A stretch of DNA of 64,000 nt. Source: Patescibacteria group bacterium (GTDB lineage: Bacteria > Patescibacteriota > Gracilibacteria > UBA1369 > PNNO01). The notes below the pieces were generated by a model. It made no database searches, was not told the DNA's origin, and saw only the letters and a list, made by a program, of their open reading frames with translations. Below, one piece after another: positions 1 to 9,033 of this stretch; position 1 is the first letter of the stretch, and each line of letters starts with the position of its first letter. The stretch is from contig JBHPJE010000005.1 of assembly GCA_042568205.1 (NCBI GenBank), positions 3,267-67,266 of the forward strand. Direction: 5' to 3'. The position numbers and the translations under genes are program-made.

Positions 1-2
1 AT

Positions 3-596
3 GCAACTTCGAATCCGCAGGGAGCTCAGGAATTTATTGACTTAATTGATGCTGCAATGTTGCAGGCTTATGATGGAATGATGATGGACGCTCCAAAAGG
101 AGTTGATGCTGAAAAAGTAATTGTAAAAGATAAAGCTGTTATTGGTAAAAGTGAAATTAATAGAATGAGCTTCAACTTTAGCGAAATGTCTGAAGAAGAA
201 TTACTTGCAGCTGGCTTACCATCTGGCATTTTCTCAGAACCAATTGAATTTTATTATGGATTAACAATTAATAACTATTTAATTTTATCAACTTATTCTG
301 GTCTTGAAGATAGCTACGGTGATGTAATGACAGTTGGTGACACTAATGCAGTTGAAGATGGCCGTGAGTTGTTAAAGGATTATCCATATAATCTTAGTTA
401 TGTTTCATTTGAAGAAGGATTTAAATATGTTGATCAGATTTTTGAGGATATGGAAAAAGTTCAGGGCCCAATGGATGATGAAGCAAAAGAGGCATACGAG
501 GCAGTTCGTGAATTTTTTGCACCAGTAAAATACATGGTTGGTGCAGATCAAAAAGAAGAAAGTGTAGCGTACGTGCGAATTGAGGAGGTGCGGTAG
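3..596 (+). CDS. Hypothetical protein, C-terminal part (5'-truncated by window edge)
   Basis: Frame is open from position 3 through the 57..596 ORF; backbone-like codon usage; no recognisable motif. Confidence 0.75.
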   Translation, partial: ATSNPQGAQEFIDLIDAAMLQAYDGMMMDAPKGVDAEKVIVKDKAVIGKSEINRMSFNFSEMSEEELLAAGLPSGIFSEPIEFYYGLTINNYLILSTYSGLEDSYGDVMTVGDTNAVEDGRELLKDYPYNLSYVSFEEGFKYVDQIFEDMEKVQGPMDDEAKEAYEAVREFFAPVKYMVGADQKEESVAYVRIEEVR

Positions 597-646
597 AGGT
601 TGCGAAAAATCATGGTCGTAGATATACTAAACTTTGCAAAAATCAT

Positions 647-721
647 AGGGCCATAGTGTCAATGGTAGCACGTCGGTCTCCAAAACCGAAAGATCGGGTT
701 CAAGTCCTGATGGCCCTGCCA
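647..721 (+). tRNA. tRNA-Trp(CCA)
   Basis: Acceptor AGGGCCA/TGGCCCT, D arm GTGTCAATGGTAGCAC, anticodon arm TCGGT-CTCCAAA-ACCGA, T loop GGTTCAAGTCC, encoded CCA. Confidence 0.97.
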
Positions 722-797
722 AATTAAAGTTTTTGGCTTACATATTGCATTTTCACGAAATATAATATAGGTTAAGATCTATTTTATACTTTTGAAT

Positions 798-1421
798 ATG
801 CCACTAAAAGGACGCCCGAAAAAAGCAGATAATGAAAGAAAAGATTCCACTATGAGAGTTGTTGTCACTGCGGAAGAAAAAGCTCAAATAAAGCAAAAAG
901 CTAAAAATTTAGGTTTATCTGTTTCAGGCTACATTCGTAAGGTTTTAGATATCCCCCCAAGTGAGTATGGATCAAGAGGTATTAATAAATTTAAACAAGC
1001 TATCCGATACAATGCGGAGCGCTACCGTGAACAAACACATATTTTGTGGGAAGCTGGAGATACAATACGTCCCAAGGAGTATGCAGAATTGAGAGTACTA
1101 TTAGAAAAAGAAGATTCTTTATATTTACTCCCAGAAGTAATTTCTGGGATAATTGATAATGCTATTTATGGAAATATTCTTAGATCATCCACTATACATG
1201 GATTAAATCCACCAAGGCTTTATAGTCCTTCAGATTTTGTAGAATTATTAAGACTAATTGGATTAGAAAAAGAAATCAATTTAACTGAAGTATTAAAAAA
1301 ATTCACAAGAGGTCAGGTTTTAGGGGTAATTGAAGATGAAACTAATGAACACTATACACCACGTTATTATAAAAAGTATCTATTGCTAAAATATTTTGAG
1401 AGACCAGCATTTCTCGCTTAA
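798..1421 (+). CDS. Putative DNA-binding protein with N-terminal ribbon-helix-helix (MobC/CopG-like) domain
   Basis: N-terminus GRPKK...MRVVVTAEEKAQIKQKAKNLGLSVSGYIR fits the RHH pattern; ATG at 798 preferred over TTG at 792. Confidence 0.6.
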   Translation: MPLKGRPKKADNERKDSTMRVVVTAEEKAQIKQKAKNLGLSVSGYIRKVLDIPPSEYGSRGINKFKQAIRYNAERYREQTHILWEAGDTIRPKEYAELRVLLEKEDSLYLLPEVISGIIDNAIYGNILRSSTIHGLNPPRLYSPSDFVELLRLIGLEKEINLTEVLKKFTRGQVLGVIEDETNEHYTPRYYKKYLLLKYFERPAFLA

Positions 1422-1643
1422 CATGGAATTATAAAAACCTAGTTTAAGTAATACTAGCAGCTATGAATTTCATTAATCTGCACAAAATGCAAACCGCTTT
1501 ATCTTTTCCGCAAACAAATCAAGATTTTCGATAAACTCAAATATCCTAAAAGTTCTAAATTCTTTAGCTACGCCCTGCCAAACCCTAGACATAATAACTT
1601 TTTTGTGGTATAATTTATAATAGTAATATTTAACAAAAACAAA

Positions 1644-2105
1644 ATGAAACAAAAAGTTGTAAAACTTGAATTGAGCAAATTGGTTGCAATTGTAATCGCA
1701 GTTATTGTGCTTGCTTTTGCTGCTGGTTTCTTTGTTCAAAGTAGTTACTTCCAGGGAATGGTTAATAAGGGTGGAGTTGAAAAGGTAATGGAGACACAGA
1801 AAAAACAGGTATTAAAAGAAAGTGTAGAAAAAATTAAAAAAGTAGTTAGTCGTGCTGATGTTGACGCTAAAAGTCTTGATGAAGCTGTAATGTTATTTGA
1901 TACAGAACTGACAAAAGCAGGTACAACAGCTGATGTTTCACGTCGAATTACAGACAATGTGAAATTATTGCATTCTAAAGGCAAAACAAAAGAATTGTCA
2001 AAAAGCCTTGATGAAGCAGTAAAGTCAATGACATTGGTAAGCCCTGAGTTAGCAATTGTTAAATTAGATGCAGAATTGGCTACTGAAGCTGCTAAATCTT
2101 TATAA
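1644..2105 (+). CDS. Hypothetical protein with N-terminal membrane anchor
   Basis: Hydrophobic LVAIVIAVIVLAFAAGFFV followed by helical domain; TGGTATAAT upstream; terminator downstream. Confidence 0.75.
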   Translation: MKQKVVKLELSKLVAIVIAVIVLAFAAGFFVQSSYFQGMVNKGGVEKVMETQKKQVLKESVEKIKKVVSRADVDAKSLDEAVMLFDTELTKAGTTADVSRRITDNVKLLHSKGKTKELSKSLDEAVKSMTLVSPELAIVKLDAELATEAAKSL

Positions 2106-2123
2106 TCTATAGAGAAATTAAAT

Positions 2124-2152
2124 AAAAGAGCTAGTTAATTCTAGCTCTTTTT
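2124..2152. terminator. Bidirectional intrinsic terminator
   Basis: AAAAGAGCTAG-ttaatt-CTAGCTCTTTT between convergent genes. Confidence 0.85.
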
Positions 2153-2273
2153 GTAATATTTTAATAAGTTATTATCAACGTCATTCATTAAGGAACTCCT
2201 TAAATATAGTGAGCCAAAGGGTGGGGTAGATTCAACGGCTCAGTTCTAACGTAATCCACCAAACCCTGCCAGA

Positions 2274-2681
2274 TTAATCTAATTTTGGCGTATTTCTAGG
2301 AGGACAACCAAGGACTAATTCACCATTAGATATTTTTTCTCTTTTGTTTTTATTACGATATAAAATTGCGTCTATTTTTTTAACTGTATTAAGTATTACA
2401 GAATTAGCTTCATGAATCGCAATTGTAGCTTCACCAATAGCTTTTTGAATTGCTTCTCTTTCTTGATGAGATAAATCTGGATCATTATCATCAGAAATTC
2501 CACTTACACTTAAATAATCAAAAAAATTACCTAATAAAAGTCGTGACGACCTTCGTAAAAAATCTGTGCCGCGATCTGTAAAATTGCGGATATCATCATT
2601 AACTCCATATGTTGACAGCTTTCTTTTCATATGTACTTTGAAAAAGGATATTATAGTAAGGGAAAGCTTAAAACATGTCAA
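2274..2681 (-). CDS. Hypothetical protein (start uncertain, possibly MKRKLS)
   Basis: 135-aa ORF co-oriented with the two upstream ORFs; no motif. Confidence 0.5.
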   Translation of the reverse strand: MTCFKLSLTIISFFKVHMKRKLSTYGVNDDIRNFTDRGTDFLRRSSRLLLGNFFDYLSVSGISDDNDPDLSHQEREAIQKAIGEATIAIHEANSVILNTVKKIDAILYRNKNKREKISNGELVLGCPPRNTPKLD

Positions 2682-2682
2682 A

Positions 2683-2889
2683 TCACCCTTTTGCTAATCC
2701 TTTTCTAATAAGCCAAACAGCCAATACTACGATTGCGATAGAGGCCATATTGTATCCCATGGATTCTGGCCCTGCATTCCAATGAATTAATGATCTTATT
2801 ACCTCGACTCTAAAGCTGCTAATTATTAGCAACATACCTATTGCTATAAAAATAAAATCTAATGCACTCATCTTTTCTTTTTCCCCCAT
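2683..2889 (-). CDS. Small membrane protein (2 TM)
   Basis: Two hydrophobic segments; tightly packed behind 2895..3671. Confidence 0.65.
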   Translation of the reverse strand: MGEKEKMSALDFIFIAIGMLLIISSFRVEVIRSLIHWNAGPESMGYNMASIAIVVLAVWLIRKGLAKG

Positions 2890-2894
2890 ATCAA

Positions 2895-3671
2895 CTAAGT
2901 TAATAATTCTTTAAATGCTTCCTGAGTCTTTTGCTGGCTTTCAAATAACTCATCAACCAGAAAATTATATTCATCAACAGCCGTATTATATTCATCAATT
3001 AATTCATCATATCCCTCAATAAATCCATCATCTGCAGAGTCTATATCATCCGTCTCTGCATCATATGTATAAAGACCCTGATTTTTTAATAAGAATTCAA
3101 CACGTTCAATATCCAAAGTTAATAATCGCAGCCCTTTCTTTAATAAATCAAATTGTTGTTGTTTCTTCTTCTTCAAAGAGCTCGCCATTCCTTTAATCAT
3201 TTCTTTTTCCTCTTTATTTTTTGGAGAATAATTAGCAAGTTCTTTCTCGAATCCTTTATAGAGATCAAATGCCTCCAGCATGAGTTCTTTCCACTGGGTT
3301 TCAAAAGTTGTAAGCATTTTTTTTGATTGCTCAAGATCAACAAAAATCATATCCGCAAGCAAATAATAACTTTCAAGTATTTCATTTGATTGTTCTACCA
3401 AAGGTTGTAATTCCTGGGCAAATTCTGACATCAGTTGAATCGATCCAAAATTATAACTGGTTGTAGCATTATTTGGATTAACACCTAGTTCTTCATTAAG
3501 TTCAAGATCCTGAATCATTTTTGTAGCATCATTTTTAAAATCTTTTTGATCTTGTCGAAAATCTCTACTTAAATTAGCCAGTCCCAACACAACACTAACA
3601 ACTAAAATAATTACAAAAGTAGAAGTTTTTACTTTCTTCTTCTTTTCATCAGGATGTTTTTGATCCGCCAT
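2895..3671 (-). CDS. Hypothetical membrane-anchored helical protein
   Basis: Basic N-terminus, one TM (FVIILVVSVVLGLA), acidic coiled region. Confidence 0.8.
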   Translation of the reverse strand: MADQKHPDEKKKKVKTSTFVIILVVSVVLGLANLSRDFRQDQKDFKNDATKMIQDLELNEELGVNPNNATTSYNFGSIQLMSEFAQELQPLVEQSNEILESYYLLADMIFVDLEQSKKMLTTFETQWKELMLEAFDLYKGFEKELANYSPKNKEEKEMIKGMASSLKKKKQQQFDLLKKGLRLLTLDIERVEFLLKNQGLYTYDAETDDIDSADDGFIEGYDELIDEYNTAVDEYNFLVDELFESQQKTQEAFKELLT

Positions 3672-3749
3672 ATTTTAAAGTTGTTAATAATATTTTAACA
3701 ACCAAGCCATCCTTAGTATAAAAGGTAGATCAACAATTTGTCAATTTCC

Positions 3750-3798
3750 TTGACTCCAAGTCTTTTCTTTGATAATATTTAGACAGTCATCTAAATAT
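3750..3798 (+). promoter_or_regulatory. Promoter with overlapping palindromic operator for the ArsR/SdpR repressor
   Basis: TTGACT at 3750; inverted repeat ATATTTAGA-cagtca-TCTAAATAT (3775-3798) over the -10/TSS region just before the repressor ATG. Confidence 0.7.
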
Positions 3799-3806
3799 CT
3801 AATAAT

Positions 3807-4070
3807 ATGATCGACGCAGTATTCAAGGCATTATCGGATCCGAATCGCCGCAAAATCCTTCAAATTCTAAAAAAGGAGGATATGCCGGTAGGTGAAATTT
3901 TGAAGCATTTTAAAATAACAATGGCTTCCCTTTCGCACCATCTAGACATTCTCAAACGTGCAAATCTTGTTGTGAGTGAGCGAAAAGGACAGCAAATGAT
4001 ATATTCTCTGAACCTCTCGGTTTTTGAAGAGGTGATGTCAACTTTTATGAAATTCTTTAAATCTAAATAA
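3807..4070 (+). CDS. sdpR: ArsR/SmtB-family autorepressor, SdpR-like
   Basis: FKALSDPNRRKIL...SLSHHLDILKRANLV..ERKGQ..IYSLN ArsR signature; adjacent to sdpI. Confidence 0.88.
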   Translation: MIDAVFKALSDPNRRKILQILKKEDMPVGEILKHFKITMASLSHHLDILKRANLVVSERKGQQMIYSLNLSVFEEVMSTFMKFFKSK

Positions 4071-4071
4071 T

Positions 4072-4731
4072 ATGAATAAAAAAGTAGTTAAAATTTCATG
4101 GCCAATCTTTATTCTTCAGCTTTGCATTGTAGCTTCGATGCTGATTGTTGGCTTTCTTCTGTGGGATCAGCTTCCTGAGATGATGCCATCTCATTGGAAT
4201 ATCAATGGCGAAATTGATTCATATATGGATAAAACTACTTGGATTTGGATATTCCCTGGCATAACCATGTTGATGGTATTGATGTTTCCATTTTTAAGTA
4301 GAATCGATCCTAAAAAAGAAAAATATGAATTATTTAGACGCCCTTGGCTAATTTTGCAAATGGTTTTTGTTGGATTTTTCGCATACATATACTTTGTTTC
4401 ATTATATTTAACATTAAATCCAAGTGTTCCAATTACAGGATTTATTTTTGGAGGAATGGGAGTGATGTTCGTTTTAATTGGAAATTATTTAGGCAAAGTG
4501 CGCCAAAACTGGTTCATGGGTATTCGAACCCCATGGACTTTAGACAACGAAGAAGTCTGGAATAAAACACAACGATTAGCAGGATGGCTGTTTTTAACAG
4601 CAGGATTAGTGGTCTTCGCAGAAGCCTTTATTCAATGGCAAGTGGCTTGGGTGATGGGTGTGGTAATTGGTATTGCAGTGGTTGTTCCGGTTGTTTATTC
4701 GTATTTTTTGCATAGGAAACTCACGAAATAA
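4072..4731 (+). CDS. sdpI: SdpI-family membrane immunity protein (DUF1648 + SdpI)
   Basis: LPEMMPSHWNINGEID and NWFMGIRTPWTLDNEEVWNKTQRLAG motifs; about 6 TM. Confidence 0.9.
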   Translation: MNKKVVKISWPIFILQLCIVASMLIVGFLLWDQLPEMMPSHWNINGEIDSYMDKTTWIWIFPGITMLMVLMFPFLSRIDPKKEKYELFRRPWLILQMVFVGFFAYIYFVSLYLTLNPSVPITGFIFGGMGVMFVLIGNYLGKVRQNWFMGIRTPWTLDNEEVWNKTQRLAGWLFLTAGLVVFAEAFIQWQVAWVMGVVIGIAVVVPVVYSYFLHRKLTK

Positions 4732-4790
4732 GTCCCCACCTTTTATGCATGATACCTGTTATTGTGATGAAAACAGGTATCACGAAATAG

Positions 4791-4824
4791 AAAAGAACCC
4801 CCGGCACGTCAGACGTGCCGGGGG
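4791..4824 (-). terminator. GC hairpin terminator (CCCCCGGC family)
   Basis: CCCCCGGCACGTC-a-GACGTGCCGGGGG with TTCTTTT tail on the minus strand. Confidence 0.85.
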
Positions 4825-4848
4825 CTTTGGGGTGAAGCGGAGGAGAGA

Positions 4849-5262
4849 TCAGACGAGGAGGCTCAGGAGCCCCTCGCCCTTGTTGCTGGCGTAGAGATAC
4901 GCCACGCGACAGAGGATGTAGAGGAAGGAGATGGCCGCGGCAGATCCGAAGATGAGCTCTTCGCTCTCCCGAACGCGAGGGCGGGTGCGGTAGTAGATCA
5001 TGAGGCTGAGACCCGCAACGAGACCGACGATGAACACAATGTCATAGTCGAGCCAGGTGAAGAAGTCGTAGACCCAGACCAGGTTGCCCGGGAAGAACCC
5101 GAGAACGAACCACGCGCCGAGAACGATCAGGGAGGACTTGAGAATCTCCCAACCCTCGAGGTCGCGCCACGCTCGCACCAGGGTGACCCTGAATACGAAG
5201 ATGGGAACGAGGAGAGTGAGGAAGATACCCCAGCCATTGTTGAACAGGTAGAAGTCTCTCAT
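4849..5262 (-). CDS. GC-rich membrane protein (about 4 TM), SD-led class
   Basis: Hydrophobic ORF with C-ending codons; SD GAAGGAGAAAGGA; own promoter and terminator. Confidence 0.75.
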   Translation of the reverse strand: MRDFYLFNNGWGIFLTLLVPIFVFRVTLVRAWRDLEGWEILKSSLIVLGAWFVLGFFPGNLVWVYDFFTWLDYDIVFIVGLVAGLSLMIYYRTRPRVRESEELIFGSAAAISFLYILCRVAYLYASNKGEGLLSLLV

Positions 5263-5341
5263 ATCTCTGTGTCCTTTCTCCTTCGTCCGCTTCGGACGAA
5301 AGAAACCGAGTTGTCAAAACCGATGTCTTTACTGGAGAATA

Positions 5342-5370
5342 AATTTAACATATTTTATATGTTTTGTCAA
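5342..5370 (-). promoter_or_regulatory. Sigma70-type promoter for 4849..5262
   Basis: TTGACA-17-TAAATT with extended TG. Confidence 0.7.
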
Positions 5371-5451
5371 GTATATTAAGAACTTGTTTTACCTTTACTT
5401 TAAGCCGTTTTTTCATGTAAAATTTGCAGGCGTACAAACCTCTCCTTCAAA

Positions 5452-6039
5452 ATGACAAAAAAACCAAGAAATAAAGGTTTTCTGCTGGTAGAAGCAATGA
5501 TTTCTATCACGATTTTATTGATGGTTTCTGCAACTGCAATCACTCTTTTAATATATGCGAATCATGCAATCCGATTTAATGCTCACAGTTTAGAAGCGAG
5601 TTGGATCGCACAGGAAGGCATCAACGGAGTCCGTGGCCTTCGAGACACAAATTGGATTAGATATAGTTATGATAAAGAAGCATGCTGGGATGCAATTTCA
5701 GATGCCTGCGATGGAACAAGAATGCTCCCAGGAGTTTATCGTCTTGAAACTTCGCTTACTGATCCCCCGCAACTCATTTTAGCATCAGCCCAAATTGATC
5801 TTGAAAATCAAACCCTTGCCAGCAATGACGACTATCGAATCTATAAAGATGAAACTGATGGCAGTCTTTCACATGACTCAACAGATGAAGAAACAATCTA
5901 TTATCGCTCTGTTGAAATTATACAAAATACAGGCGATAGAATTGACGCAACAGTGACTGTTGCATGGCTTGAATCAAATAACAAACAAAAGACAATTCAA
6001 TTACCAATAATTTTAACAAACTACCAACTTGAAGAGTAA
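5452..6039 (+). CDS. Type IV minor pilin (PilV-like) with prepilin cleavage/methylation motif
   Basis: KG|FLLVEAMISITILL class III signal; AQEGINGVR..RD.NW. Confidence 0.85.
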   Translation: MTKKPRNKGFLLVEAMISITILLMVSATAITLLIYANHAIRFNAHSLEASWIAQEGINGVRGLRDTNWIRYSYDKEACWDAISDACDGTRMLPGVYRLETSLTDPPQLILASAQIDLENQTLASNDDYRIYKDETDGSLSHDSTDEETIYYRSVEIIQNTGDRIDATVTVAWLESNNKQKTIQLPIILTNYQLEE

Positions 6040-6511
6040 AATCCGAAATATTGCAATGATCATTATTGCGCTTGCCCTAGCGATATTTTTTATTGTGATT
6101 ATGATTTTTCGAAATTCTTTGAGTGAGCTGGGCAAAGATCCTTCTGTAAATTTTCTAAATCTAGATGCTAGCTATCGAACCGCGCAAATCATCAATCTGA
6201 ATAAAAATAGAAATGGTGAGGATTGTTGGAATCAGATGAATCCTCATATAGATTGCGTTGAAAATGGCGCGATTGTTGAAGGTTCATATATCCTTAGAGG
6301 AATCGACCAAAAATGGCTGGAGAAAGCTGAAAACTTTGAGCTCGATTCAGATTATGTAAGAGCGGTTTTACATGGATTTAAGGAAATCGATCGAACTTAT
6401 AATCAAAAAATTCACATTACATATCCGGACGAAAACGAGATGCACGTGAGTTTAGAAACTTGGAATGACAGAGGCGAAAAAGAGCAGCTAGAAATCACTT
6501 TAACCAAATAG
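6029..6511 (+). CDS. Pilin-like membrane-anchored protein lacking a clear prepilin motif
   Basis: N-terminal TM; CW...C and Y..KI.I..V...W pattern resembles the upstream pilin. Confidence 0.6.
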   Translation: MKSKIRNIAMIIIALALAIFFIVIMIFRNSLSELGKDPSVNFLNLDASYRTAQIINLNKNRNGEDCWNQMNPHIDCVENGAIVEGSYILRGIDQKWLEKAENFELDSDYVRAVLHGFKEIDRTYNQKIHITYPDENEMHVSLETWNDRGEKEQLEITLTK

Positions 6512-6520
6512 TAAAGTCGA

Positions 6521-7513
6521 ATGAGAAATTTAAAACAACAAAAGGGATTTACCTTAGTAGAGCTGATCATAACAGTGACGATATTTAGTGTATTTATGCT
6601 TAGCCTTGTTACTTTGACAATCGATTTGTATCGTAATTCACGCAGAATCCAGCTGCAGGAGCAGCTTTATCAGGATATGCGTGCAATGATGCGCCAGGTT
6701 ACTATTTTGATTGAAGACAATGCGATTGATTATGAAGAGTATTATAGAGCTTCAGTTGAAGATGAAGAGTTGGCAAATTTATATGGAAGTGGAGCATATG
6801 TTTATGGTGATTATGGATCTCAATTTTATAATTTTGGATCTGATGGTGCGCCAGGAGTTTTATGTAATGATGGGACGCCAGCTAATTCCGATTGTGTAAT
6901 TGATAGAACAACTCTTGATAGAAATACAGGTCAAAATCCTGCTGATGCGGACCCTATTAATGCCAATGCTTTTTGTGGAGGTATTGATCAAACAGCATGT
7001 TTGACTTCAGACCAGGACCAGCTTTATTTAATAAATGATCGAGGTGATCGTAAGCAGATTTTGGCTTTGGAAGAAGTTGAAAGAGTGATAGATGGTGTAG
7101 TTGAGACTGAAACTGTGCTGTCCACCTTATGGCTTACCGGAAGGGATTCTGATGGTGATGACTTAACTGATATTTGGGATTATGCTGATGAATTTCTTAT
7201 ATTTGGAAATCCTTTGGATGAACTTAATACAGCAAAAGACGAAAGTTCAGTATATGATGGATTTATTCCAATCAGTCCATTAAGGACGAATATTACAAAC
7301 TTGAAGTTCCACATCGCACCTCTTGAGGATCCGTATAAAGCTTTTGGAGAAGCTGATCCTGCAACTGGAACCCTTGTGCAACCGCACGTAACAGTTGTGA
7401 TGACTGCCCAGCCTTCAAAGGCTGAGCTTACAAATTATCTCGGACCAATCCCAACAAAAACCTTACAAACTACTATATATTCTGACATAAAAAATGATGT
7501 TCGAAGCTATTAG
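6521..7513 (+). CDS. Type IV minor pilin (PilW-like)
   Basis: KG|FTLVELIITVTIF; C-terminal QPHVTVVM...LQTTI. Confidence 0.88.
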   Translation: MRNLKQQKGFTLVELIITVTIFSVFMLSLVTLTIDLYRNSRRIQLQEQLYQDMRAMMRQVTILIEDNAIDYEEYYRASVEDEELANLYGSGAYVYGDYGSQFYNFGSDGAPGVLCNDGTPANSDCVIDRTTLDRNTGQNPADADPINANAFCGGIDQTACLTSDQDQLYLINDRGDRKQILALEEVERVIDGVVETETVLSTLWLTGRDSDGDDLTDIWDYADEFLIFGNPLDELNTAKDESSVYDGFIPISPLRTNITNLKFHIAPLEDPYKAFGEADPATGTLVQPHVTVVMTAQPSKAELTNYLGPIPTKTLQTTIYSDIKNDVRSY

Positions 7514-7535
7514 GTCGCGATTGCGGCTTCCTAAA

Positions 7536-8807
7536 ATGCAAAAACGCAAAGGCATGACAATGATCATGATGCTTATCTTTGTGCCAATAATCCTGATTGT
7601 TGCTGCTTCATATGTTGAACCAATCATCCGATCATTCCGCGCTGCTGTTAACGATCAAAAAACACTATTAGCAAAATCAGTTGCTGACTCAATGTTCGAA
7701 ATAGCATTATGGGAAAGCCGTGGAGGCGGAACCGGAAGTGTGACAAGCGGATGCATCTGCGATTCACCACCCTGCGATGAACCAGATAGTACTGCTAGTA
7801 ATTGCAATAGCTTAGGCATCGATTTTGGCTTCGGGCAGGCAACAGGCGCTTGGTATGTTTTTGGGACACCGGAGGTGGACTCAGATCATTTAATAGTTGA
7901 AGGAAGCAATGAGTGGTATACAGTGCCATCGCTGGGAAGCGGTGATGCAGGTGGAGATTATTGCTCGACTGCGGAGCCAGTGATTGATGAGGATATGTTG
8001 AGGAACGCTTTGAATGGATTGGTTGGGGAAGCAAACGAAGATGTAATTGATGATGTTTTTGACTGGCCCTGCCACTGGAATAAAATCCGCGAAGGTGAAA
8101 GCGTTGTGATTCCGCTATTTATAGAAGATAGTGCAGGTGTGGTTTCGAATCCTGCGGATCTTGGAATGGATAGATTTGAATTAAGGTTTAGGGCTGCGTG
8201 TGATCCTGATGATCTAGATGCAATGCCTGATTATGCAAACTCAATATGTCATGAAGGGCAGAGATATGTGGTTGAGGGGGATGATGGGCAAACTGATACA
8301 GTGATAGTGTTGTGGGAGATAGTTGGGGATGAGGTTGATGCTAGTGATGTACCGACTGGGAATAAGATAATATTGGGGCCGTATACGGGAACTAATATAT
8401 TCCTTCAATCACAAATATTTAATGGGATTATAAATAACTATAGAGGACCCCCAAATTTAAATATTAAAGATAGTTCGCCTACAACGGACAATGATAAGAA
8501 ACACACAGAAACAATAATTCAGCATTTAAATTTTATTCAACCGCATTTATATTCACATCTTCAAATGAATCGCCCATACCTAAATCTTTTAGTAGTTCAC
8601 ACTCTTCGTGAAGATGGTAATCCAGACAGAGTAATTCCATATCTCGAATATCAGTTTAAAGCAACTTTAGACTCTTCAGACTCCCCTATTTCAAGCACTT
8701 CTAAGGTGGTTAGAGTGGATGTTATGGTCAATGGAGGTTACAGTGAAACATTAGAGAAAACTATCGCCTTACCTAAGCCAATTTCGGGGTTTGTAATATC
8801 TCAATAA
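7536..8807 (+). CDS. PilX-like minor pilin
   Basis: RKG|MTMIMMLIFV lacking Glu5, then A..VADS..E.A; last gene of the pilin cluster; start moved from 7494 to 7536. Confidence 0.7.
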   Translation: MQKRKGMTMIMMLIFVPIILIVAASYVEPIIRSFRAAVNDQKTLLAKSVADSMFEIALWESRGGGTGSVTSGCICDSPPCDEPDSTASNCNSLGIDFGFGQATGAWYVFGTPEVDSDHLIVEGSNEWYTVPSLGSGDAGGDYCSTAEPVIDEDMLRNALNGLVGEANEDVIDDVFDWPCHWNKIREGESVVIPLFIEDSAGVVSNPADLGMDRFELRFRAACDPDDLDAMPDYANSICHEGQRYVVEGDDGQTDTVIVLWEIVGDEVDASDVPTGNKIILGPYTGTNIFLQSQIFNGIINNYRGPPNLNIKDSSPTTDNDKKHTETIIQHLNFIQPHLYSHLQMNRPYLNLLVVHTLREDGNPDRVIPYLEYQFKATLDSSDSPISSTSKVVRVDVMVNGGYSETLEKTIALPKPISGFVISQ

Positions 8808-8812
8808 TCTAC

Positions 8813-9033
8813 TTGACAATTTGGCTAATTATGATACAATAATCCTCTTTATCAATTCAGGCTTTTTTTGTCGACAAACTCTATTTTTGTAGATAACAAT
8901 GGCTTGAATTGTCAACTGTTCATTGACAATTCAATTAACGAAAACATCAGTCTTCCGTCAAAGGCTGATTAATGATATCTGAAAGAAAAACCCAAAGCTT
9001 CATCCCGCAGGGATGGGGAAAGGATTTTGAATC
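8813..9033 (+). promoter_or_regulatory. Promoter plus about 190-nt structured leader with boxA-like motif and SD
   Basis: TTGACA 8813 / TG-TACAAT 8835; TGTTCATTGACAAT 8917-8930; hairpins ATCAGTCTT/AAGGCTGAT and CATCCC/GGGATG; SD GAAAGGA 9018-9024. Confidence 0.7.

Noticed and set aside
722-3700. Integrated element or prophage at tRNA-Trp
   Set aside because: Hypothetical genes and an RHH protein follow the tRNA, but I saw no integrase and no repeat of the tRNA 3' end.
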